Shown here: one piece after another, positions 45,840 to 54,875 of the stretch
Layout of the letters: every line of letters starts with the position of its first letter
Numbering within the stretch: the stretch's first letter is position 1
Assembly: GCA_963674865.2 (NCBI GenBank)
Contig: CAXXYE010000009.1
Coordinates: 512,001 to 576,000, forward strand
DNA length: 64,000 nucleotides
Source: Candidatus Hydrogenedentota bacterium
Lineage (GTDB): Bacteria; Hydrogenedentota; Hydrogenedentia; Hydrogenedentales; SLHB01
Reading direction: 5' to 3'
Translations under genes and position numbers: made by a program
The notes under the pieces: model-generated
Databases searched by the model: none
Told to the model about the DNA's origin: nothing
The model's input: only the letters and a program-made list of their open reading frames with translations

Positions 45840-47258
45840 ATGATGCGTATGGAACCCCGGTTGGTGCAGACGCAAACGCAGCGGCTGATGCTGACCCAAA
45901 AGATGCAGCAGGCGATCCAGATCCTGCAGCTGTCCCGGCTCGAGCTCGAGCAGCATGTGCAACAAGAACTCGATGCGAACCCGGTGCTTGAACTTGTCCA
46001 GAAGGAGTCGGAGCCGGAGCCGCCGCAAGACGCCAAGAGTACCGATGACACGGAGGACTTTGACGATGTCTCCTTTGATCTGGACGACTATGCCAGCCGC
46101 TGGGGCGACCGGCCGACCACGGGCGTGGACCTGAGCCGGAATCGCGATGCCGATGCGCGCCGGGCCTACTACGAGGATTCGATCACGAAAGAGGAGTCCT
46201 TCACCGCCCATCTGCTGACCCAACTCCATGTAGCGGGGGGCGATGATGAAACGACTCGTCTTGGGGAGCGGATCATCGGCGACATTGACGAAAAGGGTTA
46301 TTTCTCAGGCTCCCTGGAAGAGATCGCTGGGGAGTTCGGGGTGCCTGTAGCGCGCGTCGAAGAGGCGCTGGCGCTCGTTCAGCACTTCGAGCCGACGGGC
46401 GTCGGGGCACGGAGTGTGGTTGAATGCTTGCTGATCCAGATCGAGGTCGAGTATCCGGAGCAGGAGGAACTCAAGGTCCTCGTTCGGGATCATCTGACGG
46501 CGTTAGAGCGCCGTCAGATACCGAAAATCGCCAAGGCGATGGGCATCAAGCCGGAGCGTGTCGAGGAACTCAAGGATATGCTCGCGACGCTCGATCCGTG
46601 GCCCGGCCTCGAGTACCGCGTCGATCCCCCGCAATACGTCACACCCGACCTCATCGTCGAGAAAGTGGACGATGGCTTTGAGGTCTATCTCTCCGACGAA
46701 CGCGTGCCCGAACTCCGCATCAGCGATCAGTATCGCCGGATGGCCCGCGACAAGAAGGTTACGGGCGAGGAAAAGCAATATATCCGCGACAAGGTCGAGG
46801 CCGCCAAGTGGCTCATTCGCAATATCCAGCAGCGGCAGGACACCATCCTACGAATTGGCAAGGCCATCGTGGAGGTCCAGGAGGAGTTCCTCGACAAGGG
46901 GATCGAGCATATCCGCCCCCTCACACTCCAGGAGATCGCCGACAAGGTGGGCGTCCATGAAGCCACGGTAAGCCGGACGACACGCGGCAAGTACATGCAA
47001 ACCCCACAGGGCCTTTTCGAACTCAAGTTCTTCTTCTCGCCGGGACTTCGCCACGATTCGGGCGAGGCGCAATCCTCGAAAAGCGTACAATCGCAGGTCA
47101 AGAAGCTGATAGACGAAGAGGACAAGGCCAAGCCGTTAAGCGATCAGAAGATCGCCGATATGCTCAAAACCCAGGGCATCAACATCGCCCGGCGCACCGT
47201 GACGAAGTACCGCGAAGGTTTGGGCCTCCTGTCCACGTCCCTACGCAGGCAGTACTAG
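45840..47258 (+). CDS. rpoN: RNA polymerase sigma-54 factor
   Basis: Gln-rich region I, NPVLE, HEATVSR, KPLSD and RpoN box ARRTVTKYRE. Confidence 0.96.
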   Translation: MMRMEPRLVQTQTQRLMLTQKMQQAIQILQLSRLELEQHVQQELDANPVLELVQKESEPEPPQDAKSTDDTEDFDDVSFDLDDYASRWGDRPTTGVDLSRNRDADARRAYYEDSITKEESFTAHLLTQLHVAGGDDETTRLGERIIGDIDEKGYFSGSLEEIAGEFGVPVARVEEALALVQHFEPTGVGARSVVECLLIQIEVEYPEQEELKVLVRDHLTALERRQIPKIAKAMGIKPERVEELKDMLATLDPWPGLEYRVDPPQYVTPDLIVEKVDDGFEVYLSDERVPELRISDQYRRMARDKKVTGEEKQYIRDKVEAAKWLIRNIQQRQDTILRIGKAIVEVQEEFLDKGIEHIRPLTLQEIADKVGVHEATVSRTTRGKYMQTPQGLFELKFFFSPGLRHDSGEAQSSKSVQSQVKKLIDEEDKAKPLSDQKIADMLKTQGINIARRTVTKYREGLGLLSTSLRRQY

Positions 47259-47383
47259 CTCTTCTCACGGCGCTGCGCCCCTCCTGGACATTCCCCCGCC
47301 AAAACTGGTTTGATCAGGACTGTTCTGTGTCTTCACGGTTACGATCCCCGCCGCCGCGTCGGCGTTGAATACGGAGGACTCCA

Positions 47384-48538
47384 ATGACCAACCGCGAACG
47401 CATATCGGCGATCATGAACTACGAGAGCTATGATCGGATGCCCGTCGTCCATTTCGGCTACTGGAAAGAGACGCTCGAGAAGTGGGCATCAGAAGGCCAT
47501 CTTACCGATGAAGAGGCCGCCAAGTGGGGCGACGGCAATGACGTGGATCGGGCCATCAGCGAGAAGCTTGGATTCGATTTCGACTGGCAGACGATGCTCG
47601 GCGGCAACAGTCATCTGCTCCCCGCGTTTGAAACGAAGGTGCTCGAAGAATTGCCGGACGGCTCGCGGAAGGTCAGGAACGGCAACGGCGTCGTGATTCT
47701 CGAAAAACCCGGCGCGGGCTCCATTCCACCCGAGGTCGATCACATGCTCAAGACGCGGGAGGACTGGGAGAAGGAGTTTCTCCCTCGGCTCCAGTGGTCC
47801 GAAGAGCGCGTGACGAGCATCAAGGTCCGCGTCAACGGCAAGAGCTTGCCCTGGAACGAGGGCGGACTCGACTACCTTAAGAGTGACGAACGCGAGTACC
47901 CCCTCGGGCTGCATTGCGGCAGCCTGTTCGGGAGCATCCGAAATATGATCGGCCTCACGGGCGTGAGTTACATGTTCGCCGAAGACGACGCCCTCTTCAC
48001 CGAGATCATCGACATCCACGCCGAACTCTCATTCCGCTGCGTGAAGGCGATTCTAGAGAGCGGGGCCAAGTTCGATTTCGGCCACTTCTGGGAGGATATC
48101 TGTTTCAAGAACGGCCCGCTGATTATCCCATCCGTCTTCGATGAGAAGGTCGGGCCGCATTACAAGCGGATCACGGACCTGCTCCGCGAACACGGCATCA
48201 CCATCGTCTCGCTCGACTGCGACGGCTGGATCGACGCGCTCGTGCCGACATGGTTCAACAATGGCGTCAACACGATGTTTCCCATCGAGGTCGGGACGTG
48301 GAACGCGAGCATCGCCCCGTGGCGCGAGCAGTTTGGCAAGGAGTTGCGCGGCGTCGGCGGCATGCGGAAGTACGCCTTCGCGCAGGGCCGGCCGGCCATC
48401 GACGCGGAAGTCGAACGCCTCAAGCCGCTGGTCGAATTGGGCGGCTACATCCCCTGTCCGGATCACCGGATTCCGCCGGATGCCGAGTGGGACAACGTGC
48501 GGTACTACTGCGAACGCATGCGCGAAACCTTCGGATAG
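47384..48538 (+). CDS. Uroporphyrinogen decarboxylase (UroD/MtaA-like) family protein
   Basis: MTNRER start, WEDICFKNGPL, DCDG, FPIEVG, GGYIPCPDH. Confidence 0.82.
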   Translation: MTNRERISAIMNYESYDRMPVVHFGYWKETLEKWASEGHLTDEEAAKWGDGNDVDRAISEKLGFDFDWQTMLGGNSHLLPAFETKVLEELPDGSRKVRNGNGVVILEKPGAGSIPPEVDHMLKTREDWEKEFLPRLQWSEERVTSIKVRVNGKSLPWNEGGLDYLKSDEREYPLGLHCGSLFGSIRNMIGLTGVSYMFAEDDALFTEIIDIHAELSFRCVKAILESGAKFDFGHFWEDICFKNGPLIIPSVFDEKVGPHYKRITDLLREHGITIVSLDCDGWIDALVPTWFNNGVNTMFPIEVGTWNASIAPWREQFGKELRGVGGMRKYAFAQGRPAIDAEVERLKPLVELGGYIPCPDHRIPPDAEWDNVRYYCERMRETFG

Positions 48539-48554
48539 GGCCGGGCGCTGCGTA

Positions 48555-48968
48555 TCAAAACAGCGCGACGCCGCAGCGGCGGGACGCACGGCGGAGGGCG
48601 GTGTCCTCGGTGGCGAGTTCACACCCCATCCTCATCGCGAGTTCGAGGTACGCGGCGTCATAGGCGGACAGCTTCTGATCGCGCGCCAGCGTGAGAATGG
48701 CGTTAAGGCCCCGCTCCGCAGCACCCGGCGCCACACGAATGGGAAGTGCCTGCAACAGGCCGATGAACCGCGTCGAGTCGGCCTTTGTCAGCCGCTTTCG
48801 CCGCTCTGCCACCACCAGCACATTCGCCACCTCGAGCTGCCAGATGTCCGGCGCCCACGCCTCGCGTTCCGCTAATGATTCCAGCGCGCGATCGGTGTAA
48901 GGACCGGCTTCGTCCGCAAAGCACCACGCCATTGTCACTGAGCAATCCAGAACGAAGGGATCCGGCAT
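48555..48968 (-). CDS. vapC: VapC-family PIN-domain toxin
   Basis: VLDCS, EVAN, LSAYDAAYLELA, LATED. Confidence 0.9.
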   Translation of the reverse strand: MPDPFVLDCSVTMAWCFADEAGPYTDRALESLAEREAWAPDIWQLEVANVLVVAERRKRLTKADSTRFIGLLQALPIRVAPGAAERGLNAILTLARDQKLSAYDAAYLELAMRMGCELATEDTALRRASRRCGVALF

Positions 48969-49207
48969 CAGCGGCGGCCCTCGCTGATCATATCGCGAAT
49001 GGACTGCCCACCCGTGCGGTGCTTTTTGCGGAACGCCTTCAGGGCCGCGATGACCTCACCGGGATCGCGCGCCTCTTCCTGGCCCGCGGGTTGCAGCACG
49101 GCGACGGGTTTGCCGTGCCGGGTGATAGTAATGCGCTCTCCCTTGGCGACCCGCTCAAGGAGCTTGGGGAGATGCGTTTTGGCGTCGTAAGCGCCGACGG
49201 TATCCAT
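48968..49207 (-). CDS. Phd/YefM-family antitoxin
   Basis: AKTHLPKLLERV..GERITITRHGKPVA; stop overlaps the toxin start. Confidence 0.9.
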   Translation of the reverse strand: MDTVGAYDAKTHLPKLLERVAKGERITITRHGKPVAVLQPAGQEEARDPGEVIAALKAFRKKHRTGGQSIRDMISEGRR

Positions 49208-49226
49208 AAGAGACGGCCTCCCAAGT

Positions 49227-49250
49227 TTAGACCAGTCTAGACTAGTCTAA
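49227..49250. promoter_or_regulatory. Palindromic operator upstream of the TA operon
   Basis: TTAGACCAGTCTAGACTAGTCTAA, a 24 bp near-perfect palindrome about 20 nt upstream of the antitoxin ATG. Confidence 0.7.
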
Positions 49251-49295
49251 CTTGCGCAGGCGTATCGCGTCAACTGCCGAACTCCGTCAAGACTG

Positions 49296-50027
49296 CTACA
49301 GCCCTCGGAGATTCGAGGCTGCCAACACCAGTCCCATTACGGCGACAAGCGTCATGGCGACCTTCATGAAGACGCGCTGGGGGATACGCCTGGACGCTTT
49401 GACGCCGATGTAGGTGCCGAGCAGGAGGGCGGGCAGCGTCAGGGCCGCGTGTCCTACCACGCGGGCGTTCATGAGGCCGATGAAGGTCAACATGCTGGCG
49501 GAGGCGCAGTTCAGCAGAAAGAAGTAGGCGACGAGATTGGCCCGGAAGACCTCCTTCGGCGTGTTCTGATTGGCGAGGAAGAGGATGGCCGGTGGCCCGC
49601 CCATGGCCGTGCTGCCGCCGATAACTCCGCTCACAAGGCCGACGGGAAAGAGGACGAATCGGTGATTGCGGGCCGGGCGGCGCCAGCCCGTCAGCAGGAC
49701 AACGGCGAACACGGCCACCAGGATCCCGGCCAGGATCTTGAAGAGCGTGGTGTTCAAGTTGTTCAGGATGTAGATGCCGCCGGGCAGCCCGAGGGCGCCG
49801 CCCACCGCAAGGGGGAGAAAGATGCCTGCGCGCACGTGTCGCCGGGCCTCGACGGCAATGATGAGTGAGTTCAGGCCGCTGATGATCACCAGCATGGGCA
49901 CGACGACCTTCTGCGAGAGGATGAGCATCAGGCATGGCGCCGCCACGAGGCCCAGGCCGAAGCCTGTGCAGCCCTGAACCACGCCTCCTGCGAAAACCGC
50001 CGCCGCCACGATAAGAAGCTCTGCCAT
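49296..50027 (-). CDS. Sulfite exporter TauE/SafE family membrane protein
   Basis: GCTGFG and GGSTAMGGPP motifs; about 8 TM helices. Confidence 0.85.
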   Translation of the reverse strand: MAELLIVAAAVFAGGVVQGCTGFGLGLVAAPCLMLILSQKVVVPMLVIISGLNSLIIAVEARRHVRAGIFLPLAVGGALGLPGGIYILNNLNTTLFKILAGILVAVFAVVLLTGWRRPARNHRFVLFPVGLVSGVIGGSTAMGGPPAILFLANQNTPKEVFRANLVAYFFLLNCASASMLTFIGLMNARVVGHAALTLPALLLGTYIGVKASRRIPQRVFMKVAMTLVAVMGLVLAASNLRGL

Positions 50028-50149
50028 GAGCCGCCTTCCCTCCCATGTCCACAAACCGCGCATTATAAAGAATGATGGCGGCGAGGGGAAGGGCCCTGGC
50101 GTCTACTCACAGTTGAAGTCACTTATCCGCAGACGTGGAAGCGCCAAGA

Positions 50150-50215
50150 AGAAGCGAAAAGCGAGGACTGACGCAAGCGGAGTCCGGCGCAGGCGGACGG
50201 AGACGTGTCTGTCCC
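50150..50215 (+). repeat. 66 bp palindromic dispersed repeat, copy A
   Basis: 58/66 identical to the reverse complement of 52006-52071. Confidence 0.8.
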
Positions 50216-50322
50216 TGCCTTTCGCGGCAAGAGTAAGACGCCGTCAGCGTCACCCACGCCGCTGGTTCGCTCAGAGCGTTCATCGGAGCCGGAGCGGTAA
50301 GAGGGCCAACTGTACGGGAGAA

Positions 50323-50345
50323 CGCGGGCAAGATGCCCGCGCTAC
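50323..50345 (-). repeat. GTAG-type REP-like palindrome
   Basis: Minus strand GTAG-CGCGGGCA-TCT-TGCCCGCG. Confidence 0.6.
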
Positions 50346-50415
50346 AGTTCACGCAGAAAACGACGCACTTTCAAGCGTGAAACACTGGCCGCGGGAAGGT
50401 ATGCTTGGGGCCGCC

Positions 50416-51063
50416 ATGGCGCTAGGAAACCACAAGCACATCATTTGGGACTGGAACGGCACGCTGTTCGACGACGCCGCGCTGTGCGTGTCGATCATGA
50501 ACGGCATGCTCGAACGCCGGGGCCTTCCCGCGCTGACGCTCGGGCGCTACCGGGCGTGCTTCGATTTCCCCGTGATCGATTACTACCGGCGGGTGGGATT
50601 CGACTTCGCCCGGGAGTCTTGGGAGGCGGCTGCGGCGGAGTTCATGGCGGACTACTACGCCCGCTGGCGGGAATGCGTCCTCCACCCCGGCGTGGAGGAC
50701 GCCCTCGAAGCGGCGGCCGCGGCTGGGGCGGCGCAGTCGGTACTCTCCGCGGCGCCGCATCCGTGGCTTGAAGTGGCGGTAGACTATTTCGGCTTGCGGC
50801 GGCGCTTCACGGATCTTCTCGGAAAGGATGATCACTTCGCCCGTGGCAAGCACGACACGGCGGGTGGATGGCTGCGGGAGCGGGCCTTTGAGCCGGGCGA
50901 AGTCCTCATGATCGGCGACACCACCCACGACTGGGACGTCGCCCGATCCATCGGCGCCGACTGCGTGCTCGTCCGCATCGGCCACCATCCCCCCGAGAAA
51001 CTGGCATCCTGCGGCGTGCCTGTGTTCGGGGGCCTGACGGAGCTGGCTGCGGCGCTGGATTAA
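50416..51063 (+). CDS. HAD-family hydrolase (phosphoglycolate phosphatase-like)
   Basis: WDWNGTL motif I, LSA motif II, IGDTTHD motif IV. Confidence 0.88.
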   Translation: MALGNHKHIIWDWNGTLFDDAALCVSIMNGMLERRGLPALTLGRYRACFDFPVIDYYRRVGFDFARESWEAAAAEFMADYYARWRECVLHPGVEDALEAAAAAGAAQSVLSAAPHPWLEVAVDYFGLRRRFTDLLGKDDHFARGKHDTAGGWLRERAFEPGEVLMIGDTTHDWDVARSIGADCVLVRIGHHPPEKLASCGVPVFGGLTELAAALD

Positions 51064-51335
51064 GAGAGGGGCGTGCTCCTGCACGTCCAAGTCGCGCGGG
51101 AGCGCGGCCCTCCCAGCGTTTCTCGGTGGCTCCGGATTAGAACATGCCCCCGACTAAGCCTGCGATGTGGCCCGTGGCTAGGCGCGTTGCCCTTCTTGCG
51201 CGAGGCAGAGATATCCGCGAGAATGACGGCGTGCGGACAGATGTCCCGCAGGGGGAAGCGCACGGCCCTACAGGCCCGTGGCGCGTGGCAAGTCATGCGG
51301 ACACCAGACACGACGGGATTTCGGGAGAGGGGACT

Positions 51336-51988
51336 ATGGCCGAGCGGCGAATCGTATTCCGCCCCAGCTTCTTCGGCCTCCTGTCCGCCATTCCGAACTT
51401 CGCCATCGCCTCGACGTTCCTGATCACATGGATCGACCCCGAGCGCCTCGGCGAGCAAATGGTTCGCCGCTTTATGTACATCATGCTTATCGAGTTCTTG
51501 GTGGTGCATTCGACGGGATTTCTGGGCGCTTTGGCCTTCTCGACGGCGAGACGCAGGCGCAAGGCTCTCGCGTTTGGCGGCCTCGTCCTGCTCTACTCGC
51601 TCTTCGCGGCAGGCTTCTCGATGGCCCACGGGAGTTTCTGGCCTCTGTGGACGTTCTGGGGGCTTACCTTGGCCAAGTTCCCCGCCGTCGTCCTCGATCC
51701 GCCTCCTGAAAACGGGCCCCAAAACGTGGGATGCCTCTGGCCGTCATGGTGGGCGCTTACGTGTTCGGTGTGTTTGCCACGATAGTGCTGCCGGTGCCGC
51801 GGCTTGGCATCACTCCGGAGGTCGTTGCCGGCCAAGGATTCACGTCCTCCGGCGCCTGGATCGAGGAGCCGCAACGCGTCATCGCCTTCGGCGTGCTGTA
51901 CTTCACCATCCTCGGCTTGTTCGAGTCTCTCGTACGCGCACGCCCCGGCATGTCGTCATCGGAGCCCGCGGCCCCGGAGCAAGTCTGA
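51336..51988 (+). pseudogene. Membrane protein gene split by an apparent frameshift near 51705-51735
   Basis: Hydrophobic ORF from ATG 51336 (strong RBS) continues as membrane-like sequence in another frame (PLAVMVGAYVFG...) to 51988. Confidence 0.55.
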
Positions 51989-52005
51989 GGTACTCAGAAA
52001 AACGC

Positions 52006-52071
52006 GGGACAGACACGTCTCCGTCCGCCTGAGGCGGACTTCACTTGTGTCAGTCCCCGTTTTCCGCTTCT
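52006..52071 (-). repeat. 66 bp palindromic dispersed repeat, copy B
   Basis: Outer GGGACAGACAC/GTGTCAGTCCC arms with inner GTCCGCC-TGA-GGCGGAC hairpin. Confidence 0.8.
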
Positions 52072-52118
52072 CGAGACGTCCCTCTTCGCTCGGTCCTAAG
52101 TGGGTCGGACTCATGCCG

Positions 52119-53186
52119 CTAGAATCGCAGCTCCCGGATGCGGTCGAGGTAATAGCGGTAATTGTCCAGGGGGGTGTCGGGGGTGATGAGGTGGTCGGGC
52201 ATCGGCAGGAAGCCGCCCTCGGCCATCAGCGGTTTCCGCCGCTCGATCTCGGCGTCAATCGAGGCGCGATCCCGCTCCAGCACAAGCTTGTTGATCCCAC
52301 CTATCACCTTCAGTTCCTTGCCGTATTTTCGGCGATAGGCCATCGGGTCGGCGTTCCAGGTGCCGATCTCGATGGGGAACATGACGTTGACGCCGCCCTT
52401 CAGCCAGAGCGGCACGAGTTCGTCGACCTTGCCGTCGGAGTCGACGGCGTGCAGGTCGCAGCCGTACTTCAGTAGCGTGTCGGAGATCTTCCGGTACGCT
52501 GGTACCGCCGCCAGCTCGAACACGTTCGGCGGGATCAGCGGCCCCGTCTTGAAGCAGATATCCTCCCAGGCCCACGCGATATCCACCTTCACCTTCGGCA
52601 GCACCTGTTCGTAGCACCAACACACAAGGTCGGCGATGGTATCGGCGACTTCCGCGATGAACTCCGGGTCCTCGCAGCAGGCGACGCAGAAGTTCTGCAC
52701 GCCCATCCAATTGCGCAGCCATCCCACCATGCTCGCCGAAGTGATGGTGATGAACGTATCACTGGCCTTGGCGGCTGCGATCTTGGCGTCGATATCGGGC
52801 GCAATACGCGCCGGATCCGGCTGCAAGCGCTTCTTGTATTCCGGCCAGGCCGAGCGATCCTTCAGAAGGAAATCGATGTAATGGGGCAAGGCCGATTGAT
52901 CCTTGTAGTGCTGGGCGACCACCCCGTCCGACTGGCGGAAGATGCGATGCGTGGGCGTTTCCTCGATGGTTTCTTCCTCGAAAAGCGGATAGAGCTGAGC
53001 GTTGATGGGGATGCCGTGTCCGGACTGTGATACGGCGCCGAAGAACTCGTGTTCGTTCACGCCCTCCGGCAAGCCTTGCGCATGCCAGCGCGGGTAGAGT
53101 TCCGGCCAGCCCCGCCAGTGGAACACGGGCATCCGATCGAACTCCCCATAGTGCATGATGTTGTTGAACAATTCCCGCGTTTTCAT
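52119..53186 (-). CDS. Uroporphyrinogen decarboxylase (UroD/MtaA-like) family protein, second paralogue
   Basis: WEDICFKTGPL, DSDG, FPIEIGTWNA, GGFLPMPDH. Confidence 0.82.
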   Translation of the reverse strand: MKTRELFNNIMHYGEFDRMPVFHWRGWPELYPRWHAQGLPEGVNEHEFFGAVSQSGHGIPINAQLYPLFEEETIEETPTHRIFRQSDGVVAQHYKDQSALPHYIDFLLKDRSAWPEYKKRLQPDPARIAPDIDAKIAAAKASDTFITITSASMVGWLRNWMGVQNFCVACCEDPEFIAEVADTIADLVCWCYEQVLPKVKVDIAWAWEDICFKTGPLIPPNVFELAAVPAYRKISDTLLKYGCDLHAVDSDGKVDELVPLWLKGGVNVMFPIEIGTWNADPMAYRRKYGKELKVIGGINKLVLERDRASIDAEIERRKPLMAEGGFLPMPDHLITPDTPLDNYRYYLDRIRELRF

Positions 53187-53254
53187 ACCTCTCTCCTAAT
53201 CAGGCCGCCTGCCCGAGGATTCTGCCCCGCTCCCGTACCATTTTCAAGGTGTCA

Positions 53255-53284
53255 TTGAGGGCCTTCCTCTTTCCTTGGTACAAT
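53255..53284 (+). promoter_or_regulatory. Putative thi operon promoter
   Basis: TTGAGG-18nt-TACAAT with extended TG, 26 nt before the thiF start. Confidence 0.5.
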
Positions 53285-53310
53285 GAGCCCTTGATCTAGG
53301 AGCGAGTTCA

Positions 53311-54075
53311 GTGGCCCTCACGCCGGACCAGCGCGCGCGGTATGCTCGTAACCTGCTCGTCCCCGGCATCGGCGAGGCCGGCCAAGAGCGGCTTGGGCAG
53401 GCACGTGTCTTGATCGTAGGACTGGGCGGCCTGGGCAGTCCGGCGGCGTTGTACCTGGCCGCGGCCGGGATCGGCACGCTCGGCCTGCTCGACCCCGACG
53501 TGGTGGAGCCATCGAACCTGCAACGCCAGATCCTGCACACGACTCCGCGCGAGGGCTGGAAGAAGACGGATTCCGCGGCGGCGGCGATCGGCGCGTTGAA
53601 TCCCGAGGTCCGGCTTGATCTGCTGCCCATCCGGCTGACGGCGGAGAATGCGGGCGAGTTGTTGTCGAACTACGACCTCGTTGTCGAAGCCACGGACAGC
53701 TTTGAATCGAAATTCCTGGTTAATGATCAGTGTTTGGCACTTGAGAAGCCCTTTTCGACCGCGGGCATTCTCGCCTTGTCAGGCCATGTCCTGTTCGTGG
53801 TGCCGGGGCGGAGCCCGTGCCTCCGGTGCGCCTTTCCTGAGACGCCCACCGGTGAGCCGACAACGGCCGAACTGGGCGTCCTGGGCGCGGTGCCGGGCGT
53901 GTTAGGCGCGCTCGAAGCCATGGAAGCGATCCGATGGATCGCCGGGCTTTGGCGACCCCGGCCGGACGGGAGCGGGCGACTGCACAGCCTGGACGGAGAG
54001 GCGATGCACGTGAGTACGCTGCCCATTCCCCGGCGGCCATCCTGCCGCTGCGCTGAGTTATGGAGAGATAGGTGA
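53311..54075 (+). CDS. thiF: ThiF/MoeB-family adenylyltransferase
   Basis: RYAR, GLGGLG, SNLQRQ, PCLRC; located in the thi operon. Confidence 0.85.
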   Translation: MALTPDQRARYARNLLVPGIGEAGQERLGQARVLIVGLGGLGSPAALYLAAAGIGTLGLLDPDVVEPSNLQRQILHTTPREGWKKTDSAAAAIGALNPEVRLDLLPIRLTAENAGELLSNYDLVVEATDSFESKFLVNDQCLALEKPFSTAGILALSGHVLFVVPGRSPCLRCAFPETPTGEPTTAELGVLGAVPGVLGALEAMEAIRWIAGLWRPRPDGSGRLHSLDGEAMHVSTLPIPRRPSCRCAELWRDR

Positions 54076-54851
54076 ACGAAGACTACCTGGAGATTGCGGG
54101 GCGCCGATTTCAGTCGCGCCTGATGATAGGCACCGGGAAATTCCCCTCGGCCACGGCGTTGCGCGAGGCCATCGAGGCGTCCGGCTCGGAGATCGTGACG
54201 GTCGCCCTCCGGCGCGTGGATCTAAGCAAGCCGGACGATGAGGGCATCCTTTCCGCCATCGATCCCGAGAGGCAACTCATCCTGCCCAATACCTCCGGCG
54301 CGCGCAACGCGGAAGAAGCCGTCCGCTTGGCCAAGCTCGCTCGCGCGGCCGGGCTTGAGCCTTGGGTGAAACTCGAGTTGACGCCCGAGCCGCGTTATCT
54401 GCTGCCGGATCCTATCGAAACACTCCGCGCGGCAGAGATGCTGCTTAAAGAAGGCTTCGTGGTACTGCCCTACATCCAGGCCGATCCCGTCCTCGCTAAG
54501 AAGTTGGAGGAGGCGGGCACGGCCACGGTGATGCCACTCGGCGCGCCCATCGGCAGCAACCGCGGCCTTCGGACGCGCGATCAGATTCGGATCATCATCG
54601 AGCAGGCCAACATCCCCGTGGTCGTCGATGCGGGCCTTGGCGCGCCTTCTCACGCCGCCGAAGCCATGGAACTTGGCGCGGACGCCGTGCTCGTGAATAC
54701 CGCCTTGTCCGACGCGCGGGATCACGGCGCCATGGCCCGGGCCTTCGCCATGGCCACGGAAGCCGGCCGCTTGGCCTATCGCGCCGGCTTGGGTCCCGTC
54801 CGAGACACCGCCGAGGCTTCCTCACCCCTGACGGGTTTCCTGGAGGCGTAG
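54072..54851 (+). CDS. thiG: Thiazole synthase
   Basis: [40 protein letters not shown]. Confidence 0.96.
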   Translation: MNEDYLEIAGRRFQSRLMIGTGKFPSATALREAIEASGSEIVTVALRRVDLSKPDDEGILSAIDPERQLILPNTSGARNAEEAVRLAKLARAAGLEPWVKLELTPEPRYLLPDPIETLRAAEMLLKEGFVVLPYIQADPVLAKKLEEAGTATVMPLGAPIGSNRGLRTRDQIRIIIEQANIPVVVDAGLGAPSHAAEAMELGADAVLVNTALSDARDHGAMARAFAMATEAGRLAYRAGLGPVRDTAEASSPLTGFLEA

Positions 54852-54875
54852 CGCCGTGGAACACGGAGGCCCGCA

